A stretch of DNA of 64,000 bases, taken from assembly GCF_001194135.2 (NCBI RefSeq), contig NC_068982.1:84145111-84209110 (forward strand), in the 5' to 3' direction. The notes under the pieces were generated by a model, which saw only the letters and a program-made list of their open reading frames with translations, was not told where the DNA came from and did not search any database. Each line of letters starts with the position of its first letter. Positions within the stretch are counted from its first letter, which is position 1. The translations under genes were made by a program, and so were the position numbers. Positions 1-13,620 of the stretch are shown here, one piece after another. Source of the DNA: Octopus bimaculoides (taxonomy: Eukaryota).

Positions 1-587
1 TTTTGAAGTTTGACATGGCGAAGTCAAATATGTGCGTACGCGCGTGAAGGAGAGAGAGAGCAAGAAGAGAGAGAAAGAAAGAAAGAAAGAGAGGGAGAAA
101 GAAAGAAAGAGAGAGAGAAAGAAAGAGAAAGAAAGAAAGAAATAGTATGTTTGTGACAACGGGAGAAACAGTGTTTGCCAAGCGTCTAAAAAAAAAAATG
201 AAAAAGTGGAAGAGGGAGACAAAGCGGCTAAGGAAAAAAAATTCTCTCACCAAGACAGTGTCTAACAAAAACAAAAAAAAAAGGAACGAACAAGTGGAAG
301 GGGGAGACAGTGTATTACGAAAGAAAATGTAGCTAAGGAAGACAGAGTAAAATGCATTTTTTTTCTTAAACATGAGATATAGTTTCAATTGTAAGATGTT
401 TTTGAAAGACACTATATTCTATAATAAGATTATATATACTTTCTCACATAACAATTAAAATATATTTATTTTAAATCATTTATTTATTTTAAATCGTTCA
501 TCTTTCTCCCCCCTCTCACTCTCACACATACGCACNNNNNNNNNNCCAACCCACCCCAACCCGTTTTTCGGACCACAAAAACGGTTT

Positions 588-705
588 GGTAATTTTTCAG
601 ATTAACACCCGCACGATTTCCACTAGGGTGTTACGGTTAGGATTAAGATTAGGGTTAGGGTTACGGTTTTAGGGTCAGAGTTAGGGTTAGGGTTAGAGTT
701 AACCT
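588..705 (+). mobile_element. Truncated copy of Merlin-type MITE with TTAGGG-like core
   Basis: Starts GGTAATTTTTCAGATTAACACCCGCACGATT (same TIR as 16550-16686), followed by degenerate TTAGGG repeats. No right TIR was seen. Confidence 0.7.
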
Positions 706-1004
706 AGAAGGGAGAGGCCCCTTATTTTTTGGTTAAGGTTGTTGGTAAGCTTTCCTAAGTTACTCCAATCCAGATCCCCAATGCAAACCTTCAGATCAAC
801 CTTCTCCTATGCAGATCTCTAATGCAACATTTAAAAAAAGAGTCAATGAGTGAAATTAACCAATAAACTGATTCTTTATGGGATTTCCCAATCAAATTGC
901 CAGCAAACCATTTTCAGCCAAACCAATTTCAACGGATTTCGCTCAAATCTGATGTCGATGTTACTTATTTTGGTTTAAAATAAAGCACTTAATCAAATAA
1001 TAAT

Positions 1005-1043
1005 CCTAGCTTAATCCGAGCAGCACTGGGCTATACAGCTAGT
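1005..1043 (-). mobile_element. End of a non-autonomous Helitron/Helentron-like (HINE) element
   Basis: Reverse complement reads ACTAGCTGTATAGCCCAGTGCTGCTCGG, the same terminal motif class as at 2516 and 57721. Confidence 0.45.
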
Positions 1044-2294
1044 TATACACTAAAAATAAGATAAATATATATAGGGAAAAAAACCCACACATGTCGAGCA
1101 GAGGTCAGCAATGCCTGTGGTGAGTTTTAGGTCCAATGAGGCTTGTACAACACCTTATAGACCCTCTCCACTTTATTGACATTATCCAGAGACAAGCTGA
1201 AGCAAGATGTCTGGTGCCAATATAAGTTGCAGGCTCAGGGATGTGGGAGCGCCGTGATCTCTAGCACAAACCAAAGATCTCCAAAATGTCCAATGCCATT
1301 CCCTGCATATTTGGTTTTATATCAGAGTGACCTTCTAGAGACATGCTTCAACAAAAGCTGAGGGGCGCCTCACTCCCAGTGGTCTTTCAGCACGCCAGAC
1401 ACCATCCCGGAATTTCTGCGTACCCGTGCTATTGCTAGATAGTTGTTGAGCCTGCACTAGGTCCATCCGAGCTTTCAACAGGTCTTGTTTTTAATCCTGC
1501 TGGGTTTCTAGCAACCCTCCTCACCAGGGTAGCCTGGTGGGGGTGCCAGTTTAGTCGCCGGCAACCCGACCATGCAACAGGTTGTACTGGATTACATGTT
1601 ACCAGTAGCACTTATGAGAGCCTCATACATGACCTAACATACATACATATATACATATATATGTCATTATGAGGATATAAAAGCCTCTTATAGGAATGGT
1701 TCCATCCAAGTTTCACTGGTTTAATATATTATAGTGTTAAGAGATATCTCTTAAATAAATATATTATAAATATCAAATTAAGTAAGAAAATGGAAAGATT
1801 TAAAGGATATGAATTAATTTATTAATTAACATGGCCTGCAATTGTTTCAATTAACATTCATTGCAAATTACAAAACATATGTAATAAAATAAGTTTGCCT
1901 TTTGAAAATTTTGAGTGAAATATCATCAGAGTGAAAGGACATTAAGGAAGTTACATGTAGATCAGTTGAGATATTCCAACAAACTAAGTATATGAAAGTA
2001 TGTTTAGTTATTTATACCATAACTATATATATATATATATATATATATANNNNNNNNNNNNNNNNNNNNNNNNNNNNNNNNNNNNNNNNNNNNNNNNNNN
2101 NNNNNNNNNNNNNNNNNNNNNNNNNNNNTATATGTATATGTATATATATAATTATGGTATATTCTCATAATGCAGGGAACCAGTTGCATAATCAAGTACC
2201 TGCACACCTGGAGAATTACGCTGCCTCAAAACAATTGTATTGATTAAAAAATAAATGTTCAATTCTACCCCTTCTTGTTGACTCCAATTTTCTC

Positions 2295-2330
<36 letters not shown>

Positions 2331-2448
2331 TAAAGTGTAACCATAGGAGAAAGGTAACAAGAAAAGAGAGAGATGAAAAAATGTGTGGTGTAAGTGTGTG
2401 TGTGTGTGTGCACATATATGTATGCGTATATATGCATATATGTGTGTA

Positions 2449-2508
<60 letters not shown>

Positions 2509-2515
2509 TATATAT

Positions 2516-2950
2516 ACTAGCTGACATACCCGGTAATTCCCGGGAAAGTGGGGCTTATCTCTTGGTTCTATTCTCATAATTGTTTCGCTAATCCAGTAAC
2601 AACAATACAAAGTATGTAGCCCTGAAAACGGTTTTTGTACCTTTATTGAGAATACTGAACTGTCTTGCACAGGATCTTGTCTTTAGGAATTCCCCATAAG
2701 TTATGAATACTCAAATTGTGAAGTCAGTTATGTAATAACATGATATTAATTACCAGATAGTAAGAATTCAAATAAAGTAGTCCCAAAAGTAGCTTTAATA
2801 CATTCCTAGAGTATATAGAACTTAGGAGGAAATACTAATAAGGTATAATACTAAAACTGTGAAGATTGTTATGTAATAACAGGCTAATCAGCTATGAGAT
2901 AATAACAATTCAAAGTAAATAACTCTGAAAAAAGCTTTTGTGTGTTCACA
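2516..2950 (+). mobile_element. HINE-like element with diverged ~140-bp internal tandem units
   Basis: ACTAGCTGACATACCCGGTAATTCCCGGG terminus next to a (TA)n tract. Two diverged copies of a 'tgtgaag..gttatgtaataaca' unit lie at ~2710 and ~2855. Confidence 0.5.
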
Positions 2951-3640
2951 GAGAATATCACCCTCAGCGGTGCTAGTGTTGGTATATTCGTGAATAAATC
3001 GCTAACTGAAACAAGTGGATCTATTGTTTAGGAAAATACTATTTACTTGTTTAAGCATTGTACTGGATAAATGGCAAAAAAAAACTCAAATAGTTCACAC
3101 AACTAAGAAATAAGTATACTCAATTTGATTTATATGAAATAATTTACGAACATGAATGGGTTATTTCCCTTGGCTATATATAAGGATCCCTTTCAGGATC
3201 GTTGGTTTGTCCGTCTCTGTGCAAAATAACTCAAAAAGATGTAAACGGTATTTAATGAAACTTGCAGGAAAAGTTGGTAATGACACAAGGAAATTTTAGT
3301 AGTGATCCGGGAATTTTTATGGATTCTTGAAGGATTTTTCATTTGTTATATTTACTTTACATGAAGTATTACGTTACATTCTTTGATTATCTCCCTTGAA
3401 AACACGTTCATTGTTTCAGCGTAACCTATGGTGGCGTTGCTGTTTCCAAAGTTTATTTTCGTTTCCCTATTAGTAATTTTACTTGCATTGTGTGTTATCA
3501 CTCAAGCTTCAGGTAATTGTTTCTTTTTAGTTGTATGGTGAAACTAGTTTGCTGTTGTCATTGATGTATTATAACTGCTTCAGATGATTCCTGTTTTTAA
3601 AGTTTTTTTTTTTTAAATCATATGATTGTGTTATTTTTTT

Positions 3641-3770
3641 TAACCCCGCCAAGGAGGTTATGTTTTTGCTGGCATTGGTTTGGGAAATTTGGCGATTTTC
3701 AGCATGCGTGTATATGGGTGGAAATGAGCTGCTTGGCGGAGGTCTGTGCTCTCCAAGTGCTTTTCTAGTT
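3641..3770 (+). mobile_element. Short non-autonomous Helentron (HINE)
   Basis: Subterminal inverted repeat CCGCCAAG (3646) / CTTGGCGG (3732), GGAGGTTATGTTTT after the left IR, and a 3' end GTGCTCTCCAAGTGCTTTTCTAGTT. Confidence 0.7.
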
Positions 3771-5151
3771 TCATGTTAGGTATGTTATTAAACACACACA
3801 CACATCTACACATACATATACATATGTAATGGTATGTTATTAAACACACACACATGTCTAGACATACATATATATCTATGTGACGGTTGACATGCATGAA
3901 TGTATGGCTGTGTGTGGCTGTCTTACTACATGTATGTGAGGGCTGGTCAGTGTCAATATGAAATTTTATTTTCATTTCGATTAAAGCACTATAACATTTC
4001 ATAGAGATAATCTTTCTATTGTCAACAGGACATCTTATACCACGACAACAATGACATCACATTTTGCATATGACTGTGTATCTGTCTGTGAGTGTATGTG
4101 TGTAAGTGTATGAGTGTGTATATGTCTCATAGGTATGTTATTAAACATACATACATCTACACATACATATACATATATAACGACTGAATGTATGTCTCCG
4201 TGTGGCTATCTTAGTATATATATATGTGAGTGTATATTAGGAATATTTTATACCACAACAACAACAATGATAACATCACATTTTGTATATGAGTGTACAT
4301 CTGTCTGTGAGTGTATGAATGTGTATGTGTCTGTGAGTGTGTGTGTTTCCATGTTATATATGTTATTAAACACACACACACACACATCTAGATATACATA
4401 TACACATGTGACGACTGACGTGTCTGAATGTATGTATGTGAGTATTAGAGGTGAAACTCTTGATAAAAACAATGAGGTGGCAAGTTCCAAAGTGTATATA
4501 AAAAAAATACACATTTACTGTTCCATTACCAGTTGGTAATTATCGCAGCAGTTGAAAGGTTGCAAGGTATTTACAATTACATATTTACCCTTACATCAAG
4601 AAATTTATATAATTCTTTGTCTCTCTGTACTAATTATTGTGGCATTTGCTGTTAAATTAGCAGTTCCATACATGTGCTTCTATTTCGTTCATTTGCTTAT
4701 ATTTAGTTAATTTACACTGTATACAAAAATACAGAGATACTATATTCATACCATGCAGTAAGCCATTATGCCTTATTTTTTCAAGTAATTCATCACTACA
4801 TATTCTCATGTGACCGCATAGGCTCACTTTATGTTTCTTATTCTACAGTCACACCAGCAATCCAATGTCAACCCTTCACCTTCTGCAACATTTCAGCAGT
4901 TCACTTCCCTGTTGCCGTCTCCCATTGCAGTCCATTTTGAGAATGTACCCATTTACGTACACTATCTCCATTACACCTCCATTCATTTGACTATCAACCA
5001 TACAATGAGTCATGTTAGATGCAGCGCTGACCACCTTAAAGGCATATATATCCAGTGACAGCTTTTCGATGGATTCAAAAATTACATACCCCACCCCCAC
5101 TCCCAATTTTTCCATGATAGGTCAGGGCATGGAATCCTCCAAACAGATGTA

Positions 5152-5334
5152 TTACTTGTCACTTGGCATTTTGTGGTTGAATACTTGCATACTTGAATAC
5201 TGTTCTAATCTGCTTAGCTCCTCCTCTGCCTGATCTATCCTCTCTCTAAAAGTACTAAATCTCATCTCATCTAGGTTGTCCCATAGGATACCCACAAAAG
5301 TACTAAAAGAAAGCAATATTAAAAGCTTAACTGT
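5152..5334 (-). CDS. Candidate exon of unidentified gene: (TVKLLILLSFS)TFVGILWDNLDEMRFSTFRERIDQAEEELSRLEQYSSMQVFNHKMPSDK*
   Basis: Open frame with two possible acceptors (exon start at 5334, or at 5302 after tttcttttag). Hydrophobic stretch followed by a coiled-coil-like segment, in non-repeat-looking DNA. No family recognised; it could be a decayed TE. Confidence 0.25.
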   Translation of the reverse strand, partial: TVKLLILLSFSTFVGILWDNLDEMRFSTFRERIDQAEEELSRLEQYSSMQVFNHKMPSDK

Positions 5335-5424
5335 CTGGAAATATTTTTATAAATTCATGTTCTAAGAAATTGCCTATAATTTTGACTTCTGAAGTTTATT
5401 GAATTTTTTTAACTCCAAATTTTC

Positions 5425-5583
5425 GCAGGAGTGGTTGTGTGGTAAGTAGCTTGCTCACCAACCACATGGATCTGGGTTCAGTCCCACTGCATGGCACCTT
5501 GGGCAAATGTCTTCTACTATAGCCTCGGGCCAACTAAAGCCTTGTGATTGGATTTGGTAGATGGAAACTGAAAGAAGCCCATT
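5425..5583 (+). mobile_element. tRNA-derived SINE
   Basis: A-box-like TGGTTGTGTGG and B-box GGTTCAGTCCC, ending in a (TA)n tail. An inverted copy is at 6417-6571 and a fragment at ~53350-53398. Confidence 0.8.
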
Positions 5584-6121
5584 GTATATATGTATATGTG
5601 TATATATATANNNNNNNNNNNNNNNNNNNNNNNNNNNNNNNNNNNNNNNNNNNNNNNNNNNNNNNNNNNNNNNNNNNNNNNNNNNNNNNNNNNNNNNNNN
5701 NNNNNNNNNNNNNNNNNNNNNNNNNNNNNNNNNNNNNNNNNNNNNNNNNNNNNNNNNNNNNNNNNNNNNNNNNNNNNNNNNNNNNNNNNNNNNNNNNNNN
5801 NNNNNNNNNNNNNNNNNNNNNNNNNNNNNNNNNNNNNNNNNNNNNNNNNNNNNNNNNNNNNNNNNNNNNNNNNNNNNNNNNNNNNNNNNNNNNNNNNNNN
5901 NNNNNNNNNNNNNNNNNNNNNNNNNNNNNNNNNNNNNNNNNNNNNNNNNNNNNNNNNNNNNNNNNNNNNNNNNNNNNNNNNNNNNNNNNNNNNNNNNNNN
6001 NNNNNNNNNNNNNNNNNNNNNNNNNNNNNNNNNNNNNNNNNNNNNNNNNNNNNNNNNNNNNNNNNNNNNNNNNNNNNNNNNNNNNNNNNNNNNNNNNNNN
6101 NNNNNNNNNNNATATATATAG

Positions 6122-6340
6122 TTTTATTTTTTTACTTGTTTCAGGCATTTGACTGCGGCTATGCTGGAGTACCACCTTGAGGGGTTTTAGCCAAAAAATC
6201 GACCCCAGGACTTATTTTTTAAGCCTAGTACTCTAGTACTTATTCTATCAGTCTCTTTTGCTGAACTGCTAAGTTAAGGGACATAGATACACCAATACTA
6301 ATTGTGAAGTGGTGATGGGGGGGAACAAATACAGACACAA
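6122..6340. mobile_element. SINE-like interspersed repeat (second family)
   Basis: An inverted homologous copy is at ~53125-53335, and the repeat abuts a CA microsatellite. Confidence 0.7.
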
Positions 6341-6341
6341 A

Positions 6342-6388
<47 letters not shown>

Positions 6389-6416
6389 ACACAGAGGCAT
6401 ATACATATATAAATAT

Positions 6417-6571
6417 GCGACAAGCTTGTTTCAGTTTCTGTCTACCAAATCCACTCACAAGGCTTTGTTTGACTTGGGGCTATAGCAGAAAACACTTACC
6501 CAAGGCACCATGCAGTGGAACTGAACCCAGAATCATGTAGTTGGGAAGCAAGCTTCTTACCACACAGTCAC
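6417..6571 (-). mobile_element. tRNA-derived SINE
   Basis: Reverse-complement homologue of 5425-5583. Confidence 0.8.
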
Positions 6572-6881
6572 ACACAAACACACACACACACACACACACA
6601 CATACATACATACATACAGACAGAGAGATAGATAAATAGCTAGCTAGCTAGATAGATAGATACATGCATACATACATACATACATATATTGAAAAATTGA
6701 ACAAAAGAATGACAAAGGAAAATTTACACTTAAGACATGGACATAATCTTTCTTCACCAGTTATCATTTAAAAACCATCACAATTTCACACCTTTAACAA
6801 TAATTTTGTCCTTTTCGGTGGCGTTAACAGCAAAACGTTGCTGGGAATAATGAGTGAGCATAGAGGATAGTGAACCCAATA

Positions 6882-8755
6882 ATCATCATCATCATCATCG
6901 TTTAACGTCTGCTTTCCATGCTAGCATGGGTTGGACGATTTGACTGAGGACTGGTGAACCAGATGGCTCCAATCTGATTTGGCAGAGTTTCTATAGCTAG
7001 ATGCCCTTCCTAACGCCAACTACTCCAAGAATGTAGTGGGTGCTTTTATGTGCCACTGGCACGAAGGTCAGTCAGGTGGTACTGGCAACGGCCACACTCA
7101 AAAGGCTGTTTTTTATGTGCCAGCGGCACTGACAACGACCTTGCACAAAAGATTTTCTAACATGCCACTGGTACAAGTGCTAGGAAGGTGATGCTGGTAA
7201 CTATCACACTCAAATGGTTCTATTTACGTGCTACTGGCGCAGAAGCCAGACAGCTGCTCTGGCAACGATCACGCTTGGACGGTACTCTTAGCACTCCTCT
7301 GGTACAGGTGCCATCACAATTTCGCTTTCACTTGCCCCAACAGGTCTTTGCAAGCCGAGTTGTGTCCAATGAAGGAGACGTTGGCATGGGTGCCAGTCGT
7401 TGAATTTAGTTTGATTTCGATTTCACTTGCCTCAACAGGTCTTCGCAAGTGGGCTGGCTACACCCCTGGCAGAGGCCTTGGATTACAGTCTCACTTGGCT
7501 TGCCGGGTCTTCTCACACGCAGCATATTTCCAAAGGTCTCAGTCAGAAGTCATTGCGTCGGTGAGGCCTAATGTTCAAAGGTCGTGCTTCACCACCTCAT
7601 CCTAGATCTTCCTGGGTCTACCTCTTCCACAGGTACACTCAACCGCTAGGGTGTGGCACTTTTTCACACAGCTATCCTCATCCATTCTCGCCACATGACC
7701 ATACCAGTGCAATTGTCTCTCTTGCACACCACAACTGATGCTTCTTAGGTCCAACTTTTCTCTCNNNNNNNNNNCTAGCAGCTACACTTTCAGTGCACCT
7801 TCCCCCACTACTAACTTGGTCACCTAGATAGCGGAAGCTATCAACTACTTCTAGTTTTTCTCCCTGGAATGTGGCAGAAGTTGTTTTCTGCATATTTTCA
7901 GTGGTTATTGATCCTGAACATCTGCCACATACAAAAACTAACTTCCCAGTTAATCTTCCTTTGATATTGCTGCACCAGTTGTGTGTCCATAGCTTGCACT
8001 GGGTACATCTTATAGAGTTTATACCTACGCCTTTTCTACAGATAAAGCAGGGCCATCTACATGAAGGGGTTTGTGCTTTGTCTACCTTCCTACTTATTAG
8101 TACTTTGGTTTTAGCTAGGTTGACTCTAAGGCCCTTCGATTCTAGTCCTTACTTCCACACCTGAAACTTTTCCTCTAGTACTGATAGTGACTCAGCAATT
8201 AGCACAAGGTCATCAGCAAAGAGGAGCTCCCAGCAATTCCTGTGTTATTGCCTGGAGGACTATGATAAATAGGAGAGGGCTGAGGACAGAACCTTGATGG
8301 ACCCCTACCTCTACCCAGAATTCTTCACTGTACTCATTGTCAACCTTCACCTTACTGACAGCATCTCTGTACATGGCTCGCACAGCTCTCACTAACCATT
8401 CTTCTATTCCTAGTTTCCTCATTGACCACCAGATAAGGGATGGGGGACCCTGTCAAAGGCTTTCTCCATGTCAACGAAAGCCAGGTACAGAGGTTTATCC
8501 TTGGCTAGGTATTTCTCCTGAAGCTGTCTTACCAGAAATATAGTATCAGAGGTGTTTTTTCCTGGTACAAACCAAAACTGCATCTCATCTAAACTGACTT
8601 TCTCCCTAATTAGTTGGGTTATGACCCTCTCCGTGACTTGCATTAACTGATCTAACAACTTGATATCTCTGTAATTATTTGTATCTAAAGCGTTACCTTT
8701 ACCTTTGTAGCAGTTGACTATGGTGCTGCTACACCAGTCATTGGGTATGACTCCT
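6882..8755 (-). mobile_element. 5'-truncated RTE-clade LINE (subfamily 1), decayed RT and long 3'UTR
   Basis: ORFs 8419-8658 and 8213-8422 carry RT motifs (QF.FVPG, LAFVDMEKAFD, GVHQGSVLSPLLF). (ATG)n tail at 6882. Confidence 0.95.
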
Positions 8756-9189
8756 AATCATTGGGTTGGAAATAAAGAAGAAAGCGAGGAAGAGAAGTAT
8801 GACCGAATACATCAACAGTCAAGCAAAAAAAGACAGTTGAAAGGAGAATGGGATGGTCACATGATATCAAGAGGAGAAAAGAGAGAGAGAAAACAAGTGG
8901 TGAAATACAGAGAAAAGGCTGAGGTAGAGATAGAAGCAAAGTAAAGGGAGAAAGGAGGGTAGATAGAAAGAAAGACAAACAGGAGATAAAAGAGATAGAG
9001 AGAAAGAAAGGCAGTGAAGGAGGGGTGCACAGAACAAGAGAGAAGGAGGGCAAATTGTAAAGTGAAAAGGGTAGACAGAAAAAGCAACAGATAGGTGAGG
9101 TGGTGAGAGAAGAGATAGATGGACAGGAAAAAGGAAAGTGTATGAGAGGGAAGGAAAGAGAGAGAGAGAAATGAGAAGAAAGAGAACTC

Positions 9190-9385
9190 ATATCAAATAT
9201 TGGTTTCAAATTTTGGTACAAGGCCCACAGTTTAAGGGGAGGGTCTAAGTCAATTATATCAACTGCAGTGCTCAACAGGTACTTATTTTATCGACCCCGG
9301 AAGGATGAAATGCAAAGTTGACCTCAACGAAATTTGAACTCAGAAGGTAAGGATGGGTGAAATGCCACTAAGTCTTTTGCTCAGT
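9190..9385 (+). mobile_element. CORE/MIR-like SINE fragment
   Basis: The motif 'ggtacttattttatcgacccc.gaaggatgaaa.gcaaagttgacctc' is a recognisable SINE core/tail. Confidence 0.55.
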
Positions 9386-10163
9386 GTGCTACAACTATTA
9401 CCTGTTGTATGGGATGGGTGGGTGGGGGCAATATGAGTAAGAACAAGGTGGGTGCATGGCATTACATTAAATAATAATAATATTCAAAAATTAAACAGCA
9501 GGACAAAAAAAGAACATAGAGAAAATTTACACACGAGACATGGACATGCTCTTTCCTCGTCAAACAAGTATATGTTACTGATAGATGTAAGGATGCAGTG
9601 GTTATTAGTATTGATAGTAGATTATTTAAAACTTTGAAGGCTAGTGTGATATATCAAATGAACAACCAGAAAGAAAAAAGTTATTTCTTACAAATTTTAT
9701 TTATCCATTACAATTCATCATTAGGAACAGTAAACAGAGGCAGCAGTTACTAGTTGGCTGTTGTACAGTGGTAAGGGAATGATAGTAATGATAAGGCTAG
9801 CGTATTTTTGATACTATCTGTGCCAGATGTAAGTGCCGGGTGGAAGAAACAACATGTACCTTTGGTAGAGGTGCCAAATGAAAGACAGAAAATTCTGTTT
9901 GGGCTCTATATTTATACATGTTTGAAAGCTGGAAGTAGGATTGGCAAACAAAATAAAATGAATGTGTTTATCAGTGTTGGACAGAATTTAACCTATGATG
10001 CTCAGTTAAAGAATAGAACTTATCTAAGTATAAAAGCTGACTCTCATAAATTTCCAAGTTCAAATGCCAAGAACAATAGAAAAAAGCTTACAGAAAAATC
10101 TAGACTTAGGGATTGGGTTATGGCTAAGAATCCAGGAAATGAATTGTTTCATATATCATAATA

Positions 10164-12546
10164 CAGGTACATAATCCCTTGTCCGGAACCTTTGGGGGCA
10201 GCTATGTTCTGAAATTCAGATTTTTCCAGATTTCAGAATAAAAGCCAGCTGCCCCAGATTGTAAACTAGACATCAAAACAGATGTCCTACTACTGTAACA
10301 AAACACATGTATACATACTCAGAATCAGTGGGGAAAATAAATAGTTGTAGAATAATATAGTGGCAAATGAACTAGTGAGCAAAATAAAACGGAGCTTTCC
10401 GTCAGTTACGACAACGCGGGTCCCAACTGATACAATCAATGGAACAGCTTGCTTGTGAGATTAACGTGCAAGTGGTTGAGCACTCCACAGACATGTGTAC
10501 CCTTAGCATAGTTATCAGAGAGATTCAGTGTGACACATGTAAATATGTAGCTGTAGTTAAATTGTAGAACAGGGTCTGTCAGTGTCACCAATGTTGTCAT
10601 CAGGTTGCAGGCAAATCTTTGATGGTGGACTTGGAATGGGATTCTCAAGTGATGAAGTAGCATTATAAGAGAGGGCATTTTTAAAGACTTCTTCAGGTGT
10701 CATCTGTCTCATTAGCATAGGTTTCTCTCTAAGCAATGTCTCTTTGAGTAAACTCCCATAATCTGTTGCTCACTTATAAATGCACATTGCTAAAGGCCAG
10801 CTATCAACTGATCACAAATTTTCACTATATTGTCTATAGGAATTTTTTCATTCTAATTTGTATTTAACACCATTTCAACAATTTCCCCATTACTCAAGGA
10901 ATACACAACAAGTGCATCATTGTCATTGTTTAGCATTTCTTCAATGTCTGCTTCTTCTACATCACTTACACTTCTGCATGATAAACTTTTAGTGTAAGTT
11001 ATGAGTTTTGATATCATCTTCTCATTAATGACACGAAATCCTCTGAACTCGTCTATAGGATCGTTTTCATCAAACATCATTACTGGCCACATTCTGTGCC
11101 AGGCATTTGTTACTGTTGATCTATCAACTTTATTCCAAGCATTCATGACTGAGTAAACGGCATCCTTAACAGTGAAATCTTTCAGATAGTCTTGCATTCT
11201 TACTCCTTTGTTGACTGCATCAAGCACACAGCTCATAAAGTTATTTTTATAGTTGTTCTTCATGGTGCATAAAATTCTTTGGTCATAAGGCTGTAAAAAA
11301 GATGTCACGTTGGGAGGCAAGTAAATGCCAAAAACATCACTTTTCACAAGAACTTTGGCAGGGGTGGTGGTGTGGAGCAGTTGTCCAGGAACAATAGAAT
11401 TTTAGTTTTCTTCCTGTCTAGCTTGCCTGCAATGAGCTTGTGCCACTGGTACAAAGTGATTATTGAACCAGTCAGAAAATATTTCTCAGGTTACCCATGC
11501 TTTTTTGTTTGTGTAATAATGGACATGTAAATTAGCTAGGCTATTCAGACATCTTGGACGTTGGCTTTTTCCAATGACTGCCAACTTCACCTTGTGTGTG
11601 CCTGCCCCATTAACATATCCAAGAATAGTTAACCTTTTCAAAGCATCCTTAAAACCTATTGGTGCTGTCTCATCTGCCATTGTTAGGGTTTTTCTTGGAA
11701 CATAACACCAGTATGAAACTATTTCATCAGCATTGTAAATTTGTTAAGGGGAAAGGTTTCCATCAAATACGATCTTGGCAAATTGGTGATGTAACTTTCT
11801 GCAGCTTTGTAATCAGCAAAAGCTTTTTCACCACAAATTTTCAGATATTTTACACCATGATGCTTCTTAAATTTTTGCAGCCAACCATCTGAATATTGAT
11901 ACTCTCCTTCAATGTTCAACTCTCTATGATATATTCTAGCTTGTTTCACAACCAACAAACCATTCAGTGGTATATGTTCCCTTCTTTGTTGTCGAATCCA
12001 TTCTATCACCACACAATCAAGATCTTCATTTTTCGCCCTATGTAGTGTTTTCCTATTTTTCATTAGTTTTTGATCATCACTCTCACTATAGAACTTCAGT
12101 AATTTGTCTTTCTGTTTCTTTAAGTCATAAACTGTGCTAATTCCAACACCATATTCTCAAGTTTCTGTCGTAACTCCACTTTCTACGTTATTGATAACAA
12201 TAAATGTTTCCTTTTCTTTTTCTCACTGTTATCCGTTGAGGTACCGGCAGTTCTTTTTGACATTTTCAGGGTAAATTATATACAAGTCACAAGAAACAAC
12301 ACAAAGACAGCAAACAGCAAATGGACATCTTCTCTCTACAAGTGTTGAGCCACAATTGACGCTTGGTGATAAGTGGTGGCTGACCTGTCAAGCATTGCTA
12401 CCTCAGGTCTGAATGAGGTGGTTCACAGTAGTCAGCTGTTTGTGCACCAAACAACCTCTGTTATGATGTGCTCCATCCTTCACAAAAAAGCTCGGTTTTG
12501 GGGGCTTTCTGGATTTTAGATTTCCAGATAAAGGATTGTGTACCTG
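10164..12546 (-). mobile_element. Full-length but inactivated Tigger/pogo (Tc1/mariner) DNA transposon, jerky/CENP-B-like transposase
   Basis: TA|CAGGTACATAATCCCTTGTCCGGAA ... TTCCAGATAAAGGATTGTGTACCTG|TA give TIRs and a TA TSD. ORFs 11719-12063 (CENP-B HTH, 'GWLQKFKKHHG'), 11486-11680 and 10853-11347 (DDE_1, 'FLQPYDQ') are frameshifted. A SINE fragment is inserted at ~10390-10540. Confidence 0.93.
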
Positions 12547-12949
12547 TAATAGTCTGATTCTACTCCCCATGACAAAGTTTTGAGGGTGTGTAGGACAAAG
12601 CCAGTCTCATCAGTCTCATTACATGCTAGGAGCAGGGTGAGAGTTGTAGCCTCACTCACCAGTCAGCCAGCCCAAAGGTTGGGGTGGGCTGCACCTCCAT
12701 CTCCCTGTTCTGATTCATCTGATGACCTTGTGACCATTCAAATGACTTTCCCAACATCAAATGGAGTATTATTTACAGAGGTCCTCTTCATTCATCAAAA
12801 GTGAGGAAGAGACAACTCCTCCACAATTTGTTTTGCAAGTTTTGGTGGTGGAGAAAGCATACCATCGTCATCAACACTACATTTCATACAATAGCAATAA
12901 TGGTTACCAGTTCTTTCATACTGCATATTTATTTCTAAAGGAGAAGAAA

Positions 12950-13620
12950 GTGTTGAATTATTTAATACCAAAATGCTCATCAATACCAAATACCAAAATA
13001 AAGAAGTGAGTCTGATAAAATATAAGGAAGGAAAGATTTGTTGATGCTCCACACATAAAACTGAAAAAGTCACTGTTGAAAAATCTTCATTTCTCAAAAA
13101 TTCTAAGTTGAGATTCTATGACTATTTTTCTGACTTATTTATGGTCCAGAAAAATCTCCATAAATAACTCATCTGATATGGCAAGTCTTTCAGAAGCAAC
13201 AGTGATACAGTGGTGTCAATACATGAGAGATATAGCAAGTCACCATCTTGTATGTAATCCCTACCAAACTGGAGAAGTTGGGCACATTGCTGAAATAGAT
13301 GAATCTTTGATGTGCAAAAGGAAATATAATAGAGGCAGAATACCACAGGAGAGGTGGGTTTTTAGAGGATGGAACAGAGAAGACAAAATAAGATTTTTAG
13401 TGTTTGTGAATGAGTGTTCCTCTGAAACTCAGCCCGCCCTTATCAGAAAATATATAAAACCAGGAACAACTATCCATTCTGATTGTTGGAGTGGATACAA
13501 TGGAATAACTAAAACTGATGTTGAACCACGGTATTAACTTTGTGCATACCAACTCAGTTGAATGTTACTGGAAAAATACAAAATGCAGATTCAAGAGTAT
13601 GATGGGAGTACATAAAATCC
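12950..13620 (+). pseudogene. Merlin (IS1016/IS1595-like) transposase remnant
   Basis: ORF 13118-13537 has 'AEIDES..KRKYNRGR...WVF' and 'YIKPGTTIHSDCWSGY'. The next frame has 'NFVHTNSVECYWK'. Frameshifted and C-terminally truncated. Confidence 0.9.

Noticed and set aside
630-705. TTAGGG runs as a true telomere or chromosome fusion scar
   Set aside because: The runs are short, degenerate and embedded within TIR elements.
1090-1640. GC-richer block resembling a LINE 5' region
   Set aside because: It could not be tied to any ORF or second copy in the window, so it was left unannotated.
5425-5500. tRNA-like A/B boxes (also at 52785-52850)
   Set aside because: They continue into SINE bodies with microsatellite tails and lack a clean cloverleaf; they are not tRNA genes.
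1992-6180. Long ORFs rich in Y/I/C/V/H/T or X (also 13721, 16972, 26737, 51556, 57485, 58411)
   Set aside because: These are artefacts of TA/CA microsatellites and N runs.
8754-9275. 173-aa S/L/F-rich ORF and similar ones (19961-20521, 23379-23705, 44214-44696)
   Set aside because: They are translations of GA/CT-rich low-complexity DNA or antisense shadows of other decayed frames.
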